Source: an uncultured bacterium (lineage in GTDB: Bacteria > Myxococcota_A > UBA796). Taken from it: a stretch of 36,088 nt of DNA. The notes below the pieces were generated by a model. That model was not told the DNA's origin, did not search any database, and saw only the letters and a program-made list of their open reading frames with translations. Positions 18,416 to 27,401 of the stretch are shown piece after piece; the stretch's first letter is position 1; every line of letters begins with the position of its first letter. Made by a program: the position numbers and the translations under genes. The stretch lies in assembly GCA_963932775.1 (NCBI GenBank), contig CAWVVG010000003.1, forward strand, positions 1 through 36,088. Direction: 5' to 3'.

Positions 18416-19821
18416 CAGCGGGCGTCCTCAAGATGGGTCTGCGGGTCGGAGATGGTGGCCCAATCATAGGCTCCGCCTCTCTGATGGGGAAGTGCCTTTT
18501 GGACATTGAGCCAAAGCCTGGCATCTTGGGCGTCCTTCAACTCAATGATTTGACCTTCTGGGGCCGATGCTCGGACCTCGAGCAGAATGAATGGAATATC
18601 GGGCCCCAAGCGGAAGTCTCGACGGCCGTTCAGCCAACCACTGAGGACCACGGCTGCTGGGTCCAGTGTCGGTGGCCCATCCCACCACACCCGGTCTACC
18701 CACAGCGCGGTGGTGGGCAGTTCAGCGGACACTCGGTCATGGCGGGCGACCGCGCCCAGATCTGGACCCACGGGCAAGCGGTGGTGGGTCTGGACCACAA
18801 ATGCCACGGCACCTACAATGGCCAAAGGCCACAGTCGGGCGAGCCCAATGCCAGCGGCTACAGCGAACGGAACCGCAGCGATGCGAAGATGGTAGCTCCG
18901 AATGTATCCAGTGAACAGACCGAGCAGCATCAGGCCGATCACGCCGGCGAGGGCAAATTGACCGGCCTTCCGATGTGCTGAGATGCGGCACATAAGGACA
19001 GCTGCGAGACCAGCGAGCACCACCCAGACTCCCCAAGCCAGGTCACCCGTACTCCGGTCGTGAATGGTGGTGGTCGCCAATGTGAGCCATGGAATGGGCT
19101 CGGTCACGTTGCTCTGAGCGACCCGGCTTAAGCATGTGGAAATGCCTTCTCCACAGTTGGCGAGGAGGCCCATTCGGATGAGGCGGGGAACGGCGACCAG
19201 TGCGCCGATCATGAAGGCTTGTCGCAGGCGGCGGCCGCCCACCGCTTGATGCATCGCTGGTATCAAGAGAATCAACCCGAGCCCGAACCCGAGGGCAAGT
19301 GGGTGGTGTCCTGCGGCGGCGATGAGGGCACCAAAGGCCAGGGCGGGTGCCCAGGGATGGGCTCGAAGGCTGAGCGCCGCCGCCAGGGTCATGACCCCAA
19401 TGAGCTCCGGCGCCCCATAGGAGCGGGCACCGCTCACCAGGGTGTCCAAGAGGCCCGGGTCGAAGGCCAGAAACAATCCGGAGGCCAAGGCCCCTGCCCA
19501 CCTTCTGGCTGTGGATGCCTCGGGATCGGTCCAGTGGTACGCGGCGGCAAAGCCGATGGGTGCGACCAGTCCACCCAAAATGAACCGACCCTGGAGCAGC
19601 TCTGTGAGCGAGCCGGTAGCAGCCACAAGTGGTACCGCCATAATCCACAGAGCATCCCCGCTCTCCGGGTTGGGTGGTCGGGGCAGGTGACCGAACAGCG
19701 CGGCTTGTGCTTGTAGATAGGGCCCGAGACTGTCGGAACTTACGATGGCCTCATCGAAGACTCTCAGTCGATGCCAAGCGGCGATCACCCACAGGGCGAT
19801 CATGGTGAGAAAGCGGATCAC
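18412..19821 (-). CDS. Multi-pass membrane protein, possible GT-C (PMT/ArnT-like) glycosyltransferase
   Basis: About 10 hydrophobic segments, an acidic residue in the first loop (SSDSLGPY) and a short soluble C-terminus. Starts 9 nt after the hscA stop. Confidence 0.5.
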   Translation of the reverse strand: MIRFLTMIALWVIAAWHRLRVFDEAIVSSDSLGPYLQAQAALFGHLPRPPNPESGDALWIMAVPLVAATGSLTELLQGRFILGGLVAPIGFAAAYHWTDPEASTARRWAGALASGLFLAFDPGLLDTLVSGARSYGAPELIGVMTLAAALSLRAHPWAPALAFGALIAAAGHHPLALGFGLGLILLIPAMHQAVGGRRLRQAFMIGALVAVPRLIRMGLLANCGEGISTCLSRVAQSNVTEPIPWLTLATTTIHDRSTGDLAWGVWVVLAGLAAVLMCRISAHRKAGQFALAGVIGLMLLGLFTGYIRSYHLRIAAVPFAVAAGIGLARLWPLAIVGAVAFVVQTHHRLPVGPDLGAVARHDRVSAELPTTALWVDRVWWDGPPTLDPAAVVLSGWLNGRRDFRLGPDIPFILLEVRASAPEGQIIELKDAQDARLWLNVQKALPHQRGGAYDWATISDPQTHLEDARW

Positions 19822-19830
19822 GCCCCGAGT

Positions 19831-21672
19831 TTACTTCGAGATGCCCAGCTTCTCAGCGACCTCATTGGTGCTTCGGCCCCGTATGGCCAGCTGAAGATCC
19901 CGCTCAATCCGTCGCTGGGCGAAGGGTGCTGTGACCTCATCCACCCTGTGTGAGAGCTCGCTAATTCGCTGCCGGTCGCGGCCTTTCATGGCTTCCTTTA
20001 GCTCGACAACGAGTGCCTGAATCTGTTCCTCTTCACCCGCTTCGAGCATTGCAGCATCGGTGACAATGGCTTTGTCTACTTGGTGAACAATTTGCTCAGC
20101 CTCGATCCGCGCATCGATCAGGAGCCGTTCATCCACATCGGATTCAGCGTGGTCGATCGCTGCCTCCAGCATGGTCTCAATCTCGTCCTCAGACAGGCCG
20201 TAGCTGGGCTGTACATCTACACTGGTGCTTGCCCCGGTCGTCGCATCGGAGGCATTCACCCGAAGAATTCCGTCGGCATCCACCATAAACTCCACCTTGA
20301 TGCGCGGAACCCCAGCGGGCTGCGGCGTGAGGCCGGTCAGCTTGAAGCGCGCGAGGCTCCGGCAGTCACCGACGAGCTCACGTTCACCTTGGACCACATG
20401 GAGGTCCACGGCAGTCTGGTTGTCCGCGTGGGTCGTGAATGTCTGTGACTGGGCGGCAGGGATCGGGCTGCATCGTGGAATTAGTCGTTCAACTACTCCG
20501 CCCATCATCTCGAGTCCGAGACTCAAGGGCACGACATCCAACAGCAGCATGTCGTCCGCGAGTTCGCTGTTTCCAGTAAGGATGTCGGCCTGCATGGCGG
20601 CGCCGAGGGCCACGACCTGGTCGGGATCCAAATCACAATGGGGCTTTCGACCGAACAGGTCCTCTACAAAAGATCGGACCATCGGTATGCGAGTGGAGCC
20701 GCCAACCAAGACCACTTCATCGATGTCGGTGGGCGTGAGTTGTGCATCCTTCAGGGCTTGTAGGCAGGCTGCTCCCGTCCGCTGAACAATGGGTCGAATC
20801 AAGTTCTCAAAACTCGCCCGATCGATTTCAGCCTCAACGACCTGGCCGTTTAAGGTTGCCTGAAGTGTGGTGGTCTCGGAGTCCGTGAGATCGCGCTTGG
20901 CCTGCTCTGCCGCTCGAATTGCGGTTCGATAGGTGATGCCGTCGGCATCGGTGATACCGGCCTGGTTGAGCAATATAGCGGCCAGCGCTTGGTCAAAATC
21001 GTCTCCGCCGAGGTGGGTGTCACCGGCTGTGGAGAGGACCTGAAAGATTCCCTCGTCGAGCTTGAGGATGGAGATATCGAAGGTGCCACCGCCCAGGTCG
21101 AAGACGGCCACAGTTTGATTGTCTTTGCCTTCGTTGAGTCCATAGGCCAGTGCGGCGGCCGTGGGCTCATTGAGCAGGCGAAGTACGTTCACTCCAGCCA
21201 ACTGTGCGGCATCTCGGGTCGACTGGCGTTGGGCATCATCAAAGTAGGCTGGGACGGTGATGACCGCTCCACCAGGACGACCAAATAAGCACTCCTCGGC
21301 CCGGGAATGGAGCAGCCTGAGAATCATGGCGCTGACTTCAGTCGGTGTGACTTCCCCTTCGCCTACACGGAATCGCACCGCCTTGGTGTCGTCCGTAATC
21401 AAATCGTAGCGAAACAGTCGCGCCTCGTCGGCCACTTCGGGGCCAGAGCGCCCCATAAAACGCTTAACGCTCGTGAACGTGGTGCCGCCCTCCTCGGTGG
21501 CCGCCTCGAGGGCTGGGTAGCCCACGGAGACGGGCTTGCCTTCCTCGTTGTACCGGACGGCACTGGGCAGGAGGGCTCGCTCGTCATCATCGAGCAAGCA
21601 GCGTGCCTGCCCGTTGATGATGACTGAAACGAGAGAGTGGGTGGTCCCGAGATCTATACCGATGTTTGCCAT
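19831..21672 (-). CDS. hscA: Fe-S cluster assembly chaperone HscA (Hsp70 family)
   Basis: Motifs [44 protein letters not shown] and [13 protein letters not shown]. Lies immediately after hscB. Confidence 0.93.
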   Translation of the reverse strand: MANIGIDLGTTHSLVSVIINGQARCLLDDDERALLPSAVRYNEEGKPVSVGYPALEAATEEGGTTFTSVKRFMGRSGPEVADEARLFRYDLITDDTKAVRFRVGEGEVTPTEVSAMILRLLHSRAEECLFGRPGGAVITVPAYFDDAQRQSTRDAAQLAGVNVLRLLNEPTAAALAYGLNEGKDNQTVAVFDLGGGTFDISILKLDEGIFQVLSTAGDTHLGGDDFDQALAAILLNQAGITDADGITYRTAIRAAEQAKRDLTDSETTTLQATLNGQVVEAEIDRASFENLIRPIVQRTGAACLQALKDAQLTPTDIDEVVLVGGSTRIPMVRSFVEDLFGRKPHCDLDPDQVVALGAAMQADILTGNSELADDMLLLDVVPLSLGLEMMGGVVERLIPRCSPIPAAQSQTFTTHADNQTAVDLHVVQGERELVGDCRSLARFKLTGLTPQPAGVPRIKVEFMVDADGILRVNASDATTGASTSVDVQPSYGLSEDEIETMLEAAIDHAESDVDERLLIDARIEAEQIVHQVDKAIVTDAAMLEAGEEEQIQALVVELKEAMKGRDRQRISELSHRVDEVTAPFAQRRIERDLQLAIRGRSTNEVAEKLGISK

Positions 21673-21683
21673 ATGGGCTCCGT

Positions 21684-22244
21684 CTACGCGCTGGTTTGGT
21701 TCCGCGCGGTGTTCAAATACTGCAATTTAGCGAGGAGCATCTCGACGCCATCGAGGGATGACTCTCCTGCTTCCCATTTTGAAAAGGTTCGCTCGAGTTG
21801 GCCGTGGTGTGTATCCCACATGTTTTGGACCGTCATTCGAGCGCTCTCTGGATCTGCTGCGCTCATCATCTGAAGGTCAAAGATGGTCTCCAGAAAGTCG
21901 CCATCTGGTTGCAGGCCACCCAGCTCGGGAGGGTGTGGGTTGCCGGTTGCGAGATAGCGGGCCCGACTCAAGGGGTCTTTGAGTATGCGCTTGGCTTCAT
22001 TGATTGCCGCCGTCCACTGCAAGCTCATTCGTCGAAATACTGCAGGCTTTCCAGCCCAGCGATCCGGATGGACTTGCCGAGAGACCGTTCGCCATGCCTG
22101 GTCAATCTGGGTACCGTCCATCGCATAGCTGCGCTTCAGGCCCAAGATCACATAGGGATCAGGCTCGGGTGGTGGCGGCTGAAGCGACGCACACCCGACG
22201 CAGACTGCCCCTTGGGTGGGCTCGTGGCATTGCCAGCAGATCAC
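21684..22244 (-). CDS. hscB: Co-chaperone HscB (J-domain) with N-terminal tetracysteine motif
   Basis: CWQC-x8-CVGC, J-domain [21 protein letters not shown]. Lies between iscA and hscA. Confidence 0.92.
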   Translation of the reverse strand: MICWQCHEPTQGAVCVGCASLQPPPPEPDPYVILGLKRSYAMDGTQIDQAWRTVSRQVHPDRWAGKPAVFRRMSLQWTAAINEAKRILKDPLSRARYLATGNPHPPELGGLQPDGDFLETIFDLQMMSAADPESARMTVQNMWDTHHGQLERTFSKWEAGESSLDGVEMLLAKLQYLNTARNQTSA

Positions 22245-22252
22245 GGGATTCC

Positions 22253-22585
22253 TTAGATGGTGAAAGACTCACCGCAGGAGCAGGACCGGCCGGCTATCGG
22301 GTTGTTGAACTCGAAGCCGCTCTTCATCATGGTTTGAGCGAAATTGATCTCTGTGCCATTCAAGAACAAATAGGACTTTCGGTCGACGGCGAGGACAATG
22401 CTCGGATCACCAAATTCGAAGATTTTATCCTTCTCTTCAGGCACTTCTACGAAGTCCATGAAGTAGGAGAGACCGGAGCAGCCACCACCACGAACTCCAA
22501 CACGCAAGACGGCATCGGGTGTCTGTCGCTTCTTACAGAGCGTGCGGACACGCTTTACTGCGGCTTCTGTCATGGAAACTGCCAT
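22253..22585 (-). CDS. iscA: A-type Fe-S carrier IscA (HesB family)
   Basis: GGCSGLSY and CSCGESF motifs; isc operon position. Confidence 0.95.
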   Translation of the reverse strand: MAVSMTEAAVKRVRTLCKKRQTPDAVLRVGVRGGGCSGLSYFMDFVEVPEEKDKIFEFGDPSIVLAVDRKSYLFLNGTEINFAQTMMKSGFEFNNPIAGRSCSCGESFTI

Positions 22586-22594
22586 GGGTCTTAC

Positions 22595-22981
22595 CTATTC
22601 GCTTTGCTTCTTGGTTTGGTAGTCGTTGATAGCGGCCTTGATGGCATCTTCAGCGAGCACTGAGCAGTGAATCTTCACTGGCGGAAGGGAGAGTTCACGA
22701 GCGATGTCCGCGTTGGAGATCGAGATCGCGTAGTCGATGCTCTGTCCCTTCACCATGGTGGTGATCAAGGAACTGGAAGCGATTGCAGAGCCGCATCCAA
22801 AGGTCTTGAATTTTGCATCCTCGATGATGCCGTTGTCATTGATCTTGAGTTGTAGTTTCATTACGTCACCACAGGCTGGAGCTCCAACCATGCCGGTGCC
22901 TACGTCTGGATCATTTCGGTCGAGGCTACCCACATTGCGGGGGCTTTCTAGGTGGTCGATGACCTTGTCGCTGTATGCCAT
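22595..22981 (-). CDS. iscU: Fe-S cluster scaffold IscU
   Basis: Motifs GAPACGD, FGCGSAIASS and LPPVKIHC (HscA-binding LPPVK). Confidence 0.98.
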   Translation of the reverse strand: MAYSDKVIDHLESPRNVGSLDRNDPDVGTGMVGAPACGDVMKLQLKINDNGIIEDAKFKTFGCGSAIASSSLITTMVKGQSIDYAISISNADIARELSLPPVKIHCSVLAEDAIKAAINDYQTKKQSE

Positions 22982-23000
22982 GAGTCAGTTCCTTGGGGTT

Positions 23001-24224
23001 TTAGTGGGCTGTCCACTGGATTGATTTGAGATCGATGCCTTCCTGCGCCATTTCATAGAGCGGGGACATATTGCGGAGCCATTTGACCTTCTCGACAATG
23101 AGATCGATTGCAAAGTCAATCTCCTCGTCGGTGGTGAAGCGGCCGATACCGAAGCGGATGGATGTGTGGGCCAGCTCAACGTCGACGCCGAGTGCGCGGA
23201 GCACATAGCTGGGCTCGAGGCTTGCTGAGGTGCATGCGGAACCCGATGAGCACGCGATGTCCTTGATCCCCATCATCATCGCCTCACCTTCTACGTAGGC
23301 GAAGCTGACATTCAGGTTGTTGGGAAGGCGATGCTCCCACGATCCATTCAAGTACAGCTCATCGAGTTGTTCTTGGAGCGCGGTCCACAGCTTGTTCCGA
23401 AGGCGCAGTACATTTTCGATGCTGCCATTCTCGAGGTCGAGTTTAGAGAGCTCAGCGGCTTTACCGAAGCCTACAATCTGGTGCACGGGCAGGGTGCCGG
23501 AGCGCATGCCGCGTTCGTGTCCACCACCATCGATGAGCGGTGCCAAGCGAACCCGTGGCCGACCGCGTCGAACCCACAATGCGCCGACGCCCTTCGGACC
23601 GTACATTTTGTGGGCAGAGATGCTGACCAGGTCGACTTTCATCTCGGCAACATCGAATGGAACGCGGCCGAGGCCCTGAACGGCATCGCAGTGAAAAATT
23701 ACCTTGCGTTCACGGCAGCGTGTACCGATTTCAGCGATGGGCTGGATGACGCCGATTTCGTTGTTGGCGAACATGATGCTGACCAAAACGGTGTCTTCAC
23801 GGAAGGCGGCATCGAGCTCATCGAGGTTGATGCGGCCTTGGTCATCTACACCAAGGTAGGTGATCTCCCACCCTTCAGCTTCGAGGGAATGGCAGGAGTC
23901 CAGTACGGCCTTGTGCTCTGTGGCACAGGTAATGATGTGCTTGCCTTTGGCTTCGTAAAACTTTGCAGCACCCTTGATGGCCAAGTTGTTGGACTCTGTG
24001 GCACCAGAGGTAAATACGATTTCTTTCGCATTTCCGCCGATCAGCCCGGAGATTTGTTCGCGGGCGACCTCCACAGCTTCACGTGCAGCCCAGCCGAAGG
24101 CATGGCTGCGGCTCGCCTCATTTCCAAATGATTCGGTGAGGTATGGCCACATGGCTTCCGCGACCTTGGGGTCACAAGGCGTGGTGGCGTGGTTATCGAG
24201 GTAGATGGGGGTATTGACGCTCAT
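23001..24224 (-). CDS. iscS: Cysteine desulfurase IscS
   Basis: Motifs [30 protein letters not shown] (PLP Lys), SSGSACTS (catalytic Cys) and C-terminal IQWTAH. Start set to ATG 24224 with GAGG upstream. Confidence 0.97.
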   Translation of the reverse strand: MSVNTPIYLDNHATTPCDPKVAEAMWPYLTESFGNEASRSHAFGWAAREAVEVAREQISGLIGGNAKEIVFTSGATESNNLAIKGAAKFYEAKGKHIITCATEHKAVLDSCHSLEAEGWEITYLGVDDQGRINLDELDAAFREDTVLVSIMFANNEIGVIQPIAEIGTRCRERKVIFHCDAVQGLGRVPFDVAEMKVDLVSISAHKMYGPKGVGALWVRRGRPRVRLAPLIDGGGHERGMRSGTLPVHQIVGFGKAAELSKLDLENGSIENVLRLRNKLWTALQEQLDELYLNGSWEHRLPNNLNVSFAYVEGEAMMMGIKDIACSSGSACTSASLEPSYVLRALGVDVELAHTSIRFGIGRFTTDEEIDFAIDLIVEKVKWLRNMSPLYEMAQEGIDLKSIQWTAH

Positions 24225-24231
24225 AGTTGCC

Positions 24232-24720
24232 TCAGGAGGGAGCAGCGATTGTGGCCACCATTCGTGGCGCTTCGCTATCGGAGTGGTGATCATCGGTACA
24301 AGACGCACAGGCCTGGACGGGCTCATTCAACGAGCACTGGGTACATGCCTCAAGATATGCGATGGAGGCATTGAGTTCGGCCTCCAAGGACTGTAGGCGG
24401 CTCATGGCGGCCTGGGTCTCGGTGAGCTTGTCGCCATAGAAGCTGCGCAGTGCATCCATGGACTGCGGCCCGGTGTCGCGAGACTGGAAGTCGGTCAGGA
24501 AATTCTTAATGTCGGTGAGAGAGAATCCAAGGTCCTGGAGGCGTTCAATCCAGTGAATTCGGTCCAGCGCGTCGTCGTTGTACATCCGAAACCCACCGGG
24601 ACTGCGGTTAGCAGGATTCAGCAGGCCCAACTCCTCGTAGAAATGGATCGTACGCACAGTTTTCTCTGTGCGCTTGGCCAGTTCGCCGATTCGGTAGGTG
24701 GATGGTGAGGCGCCGGTCAT
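24232..24720 (-). CDS. MerR-family transcriptional regulator with C-terminal Cx2Cx8Cx2C-x3-HH metal/cluster-binding tail
   Basis: Mer[30 protein letters not shown]...RSPGGFRMY and LGFSLTDI, then a coiled-coil dimerisation helix, then [21 protein letters not shown]. Ends 7 nt before iscS. Confidence 0.93.
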   Translation of the reverse strand: MTGASPSTYRIGELAKRTEKTVRTIHFYEELGLLNPANRSPGGFRMYNDDALDRIHWIERLQDLGFSLTDIKNFLTDFQSRDTGPQSMDALRSFYGDKLTETQAAMSRLQSLEAELNASIAYLEACTQCSLNEPVQACASCTDDHHSDSEAPRMVATIAAPS

Positions 24721-24731
24721 ACTTGGATTAC

Positions 24732-24753
24732 ACACTAACGTTAACGTAAGGGT
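24732..24753. promoter_or_regulatory. Palindromic operator candidate for the MerR-family regulator
   Basis: Perfect core ACGTTAACGT inside CTAACGTTAACGTAAG (24735-24750), extending to a 22-bp dyad with 2 mismatched pairs. The 16-bp core ends 14 nt upstream of the regulator ATG. Confidence 0.7.
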
Positions 24754-24770
24754 TTGGTTTGCTCGGCTTA

Positions 24771-24799
24771 GTTGTACCCCCGTGTTCGGGGGGTGTCAA
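24771..24799 (-). promoter_or_regulatory. Sigma70-type promoter of the MerR-isc operon
   Basis: Minus strand reads TTGACA-17 nt-TACAAC, immediately after the comEC stop. The spacer contains the inverted repeat CCCCCG-AACA-CGGGGG. Confidence 0.65.
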
Positions 24800-24803
24800 C
24801 GGT

Positions 24804-26897
24804 TTAGGGCAACTGTCGGGAGACCGAGGCCCAGCCAGTTGTGGGGCTCCAGTGTTCTGTTTTGAGGTTCTTGCCATCGCTTTGGAAGCGCAGGGTACCG
24901 AGCATGTCGGTGCGGAGTACCGTTTTAGGGCTCCACCGTTCGAGAACTTCGGCTGCCGGATGACCATATCGATTGTTTTTACCGGCTTGAATTACCGCAT
25001 AAACCGGTGCAGTTCGCTGAATAAAGTCGGTCGAAGATGACGTCTTGGATCCATGGTGGCCCACCTGAACGACCGAGAAGTGAGAGAGGCGGTCGACCAT
25101 ACGCGACTCGGGGCCTGCACCAAGGTCCCCCATAAGTAGAAAGCTGTGAGCTCCAAGGCGTGTACGGATCACAAGGCCCTCGTTGTTGTCGTTGGAACCG
25201 TGGGCGTTGCCAAACACCCCGCTTGGGATTCCTTTTTGGTGGGCGTCTCTCCACAGGTTGTGAAATCGACGCTCATCTACTTTGGGTCGTCGTGGTACCC
25301 ACAGTCGGTGCACCTTGATTCCATCGATCACCTGCGACAGGCCGCCGATGTGGTCGATGTCGGGGTGACTCAAGAACACGGCATCCAGTTCGCGGACTCC
25401 GGAACGCCGGAGCCACTGGCACAGGGCGCTCCCTGGTGGGCCACCATCCACGAGCCATTTTTTTCCATCCGGAAAGGAGATCAAGACCGACGAACCTTGG
25501 CCTACATCGGGAAAGATCACCTCAAATTTAGACGTGTTGTGGGGCGGGAAGAACGCGATCACTCCGAGGAGCAGTGCGATTTTCGGGCGAGACGAGGCAA
25601 AGATGGTGGCGGCAAGCAGGGTTGCACCGATGGGTCCTACCGCCACAGATACCGTTCCCCAGTCAACCCAAGTCAGCCATGTCATTGTCCATTCGACAGC
25701 GCGATCGGCGATGGTCAGAAGATATGGGGCGTTGATGTGGTGCCCCAACAAGCTCATGGGAACGGCGATGCCAGCGAATAAGGGCACAGCGATGAGGTTT
25801 GCCAATGGTGCGCTGGGAGCCACTTGCTGAAATACCCAGGCAGTGACGGGTAGAGTGCCCAGCGTGGCGGCCAGGGTTGCCGCCAAACTTTGTCCGATCC
25901 GGCGGAGCAACCACGGATGTGAGGGGCGGAGCCAAGCGGTTGCCCAGGGCATCCATCCAATCAGTGCGGCCACGGCCCCGAAGGACATCAAGAATCCCAA
26001 CGATGCCACGGCAGATGGGTCCTGCAGCACCACTGCGAGGGCTGCAATACCGATCAGTTGCCACGGGCTAACCCCTCGTCCGACAACGGTGGCTGTGGCG
26101 CCCGCTGCGATCATCCAAGCCGCCCGTTGTGTGGAGACTGGCCAGCCCACGAGGGTTCCATACGTTCCCGCTGCCAACAGAGCGCCCAAGGCCGGCCCCA
26201 GCCGTGCAAGGACGACCCATCCGAAGAGAACCATCGGGCGACTCAACAACCAACCAATAAAGGCACCGCCCGCTGCAACCATGCCCACATGAAGACCGCT
26301 GATGGCCAGCAGGTGAATGGTGCCAGTATTTCGCAAGAGAGTGAGCTGTGGACTGGGGACTTCACCTCGGTCACCGGTCGCGAGGGCCTTCAGAATGGGC
26401 GCGTATAGAAGCCCCTCGGCATTCGTGGTCTCCTCCGCGTCGACCGATTGTCCCACCCAGCTTCTCACCCTCACTGGAAGCGCCTTGGCTAGGCGGGGCC
26501 TGCGTTCGGATTGCCAGCCACCCGGAAGCACGGGGCGGGCTCGTCCGGGAACGACGTCTGCGCTGATCCATTCTCCTTGTCTGGGCCCTCCGGGTCCAAA
26601 GCGCATCCAGGCCTTGCCCGTGTCGGTTCTAACCATCGCGGACTGGCCACTGGTGCTCAGTACTCGCCCAATCATGGGGCTTCGAAATGCAGGAGCAGCA
26701 GGCTGAAGGTGACCCGCGAACCCTCCCAGCCCCAGCCCAAAGAGGCACAGCCACAGGCTTCGAGTGGGCGTCGGTTGCGACCTCAATATGGCTGCACCCA
26801 TGGCCATGGCCACGGTACTGAACCACAAGGGCACCTCAGGCCAAGTCCACGCTCCGAGTATCGCCCCCACCGCCACCCACCCCAATGGTGCTCGCAT
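24804..26897 (-). CDS. comEC: DNA internalization competence protein ComEC/Rec2
   Basis: Competence-domain motif HLLAISGLHVG and many TMs. Metallo-beta-lactamase domain DVGQG, LVDGG, SHPDIDH, GHHGSKTSS and NRYGHP. GGAGG before ATG 26897. Confidence 0.93.
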   Translation of the reverse strand: MRAPLGWVAVGAILGAWTWPEVPLWFSTVAMAMGAAILRSQPTPTRSLWLCLFGLGLGGFAGHLQPAAPAFRSPMIGRVLSTSGQSAMVRTDTGKAWMRFGPGGPRQGEWISADVVPGRARPVLPGGWQSERRPRLAKALPVRVRSWVGQSVDAEETTNAEGLLYAPILKALATGDRGEVPSPQLTLLRNTGTIHLLAISGLHVGMVAAGGAFIGWLLSRPMVLFGWVVLARLGPALGALLAAGTYGTLVGWPVSTQRAAWMIAAGATATVVGRGVSPWQLIGIAALAVVLQDPSAVASLGFLMSFGAVAALIGWMPWATAWLRPSHPWLLRRIGQSLAATLAATLGTLPVTAWVFQQVAPSAPLANLIAVPLFAGIAVPMSLLGHHINAPYLLTIADRAVEWTMTWLTWVDWGTVSVAVGPIGATLLAATIFASSRPKIALLLGVIAFFPPHNTSKFEVIFPDVGQGSSVLISFPDGKKWLVDGGPPGSALCQWLRRSGVRELDAVFLSHPDIDHIGGLSQVIDGIKVHRLWVPRRPKVDERRFHNLWRDAHQKGIPSGVFGNAHGSNDNNEGLVIRTRLGAHSFLLMGDLGAGPESRMVDRLSHFSVVQVGHHGSKTSSSTDFIQRTAPVYAVIQAGKNNRYGHPAAEVLERWSPKTVLRTDMLGTLRFQSDGKNLKTEHWSPTTGWASVSRQLP

Positions 26898-27027
26898 GTC
26901 CACCTCCAGTGGCTTTCGGGCGCACAATCCGTACCAACGTAAATTCAACGACATGGAGTTGTTTTGGGTGCCCATTTGTCGGTCACCTGTCGGTTGTCAC
27001 ACCACTGTGACGCTCCAAGCAAGGGTT

Positions 27028-27185
27028 CGGTCTTGACTGTGAAGTCCCAGCGAGGCAAAAGCGGACCAGAGTTGGCCACCGTGAGTTTCACGGTCAGCGG
27101 CTCGTTACCCGCTGGATTGTAGTTCCAGTAGGACCGCTCCCAAATGCGACCCCGAATAGAGACCCAAATCTTCACAGCCTGACCG
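27028..27185 (-). ncRNA. Candidate structured non-coding RNA (~160 nt rod with a two-hairpin apex; possibly 6S-like)
   Basis: Nested complementary segments: CGGTC/GACCG, GGCTGTGAAG/CTTCACAGTC and GGGAGCGGTCC/GGTCCGCTTTT, plus two abutting hairpins. G-U pairs favour the minus strand. Confidence 0.45.
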
Positions 27186-27239
27186 CTTCTGGGTGCGCCC
27201 CCGAGCCGGCGCAGGATTTAGACCCCCAGGAGACATCCC

Positions 27240-27401
27240 ATGCAGTTCAAAGGACGTGATCGAAAGGATGCGAAGCGCAAAGCGCTTTCATATTGGCACT
27301 CACACTCCCGGGAGTTGGGCCTCAGCCTGCGCGAGTTCCTTACGCATTGTCGCATCGGCCCGAAAGAGAAAACCATCGTCTTTAGTGAACCACAGGCTTA
27401 A
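27240..27401 (+). CDS. Small basic protein (53 aa), not in the ORF track
   Basis: AGGAG at 27228-27232, then ATG 27240. Translates to MQFKGRDRKDAKRKALSYWHSHSRELGLSLREFLTHCRIGPKEKTIVFSEPQA. Its TAA overlaps the convergent oxoprolinase TAA. Confidence 0.65.
   Translation: MQFKGRDRKDAKRKALSYWHSHSRELGLSLREFLTHCRIGPKEKTIVFSEPQA

Noticed and set aside
24225-24326. N-terminal extension of iscS
   Set aside because: It overlaps the MerR gene's Cys tail. ATG 24224 has an SD and matches the typical IscS start.
24770-24801. Intrinsic terminator for comEC
   Set aside because: A hairpin is possible, but no U-tract follows on the minus strand and the sequence doubles as a near-consensus promoter.
26945-27175. 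76-aa minus-strand ORF over the structured element
   Set aside because: It has no clear SD or recognisable protein features. The extensive base-pairing is better explained as RNA structure.
27000-27400. tmRNA, RNase P RNA, SRP RNA, cobalamin riboswitch or retron msr-msd
   Set aside because: There are no tRNA-like ends, no GAGGAAAGUCC, no SRP GGAA/AGCAG core and no B12 box, and there is no reverse transcriptase in the window.
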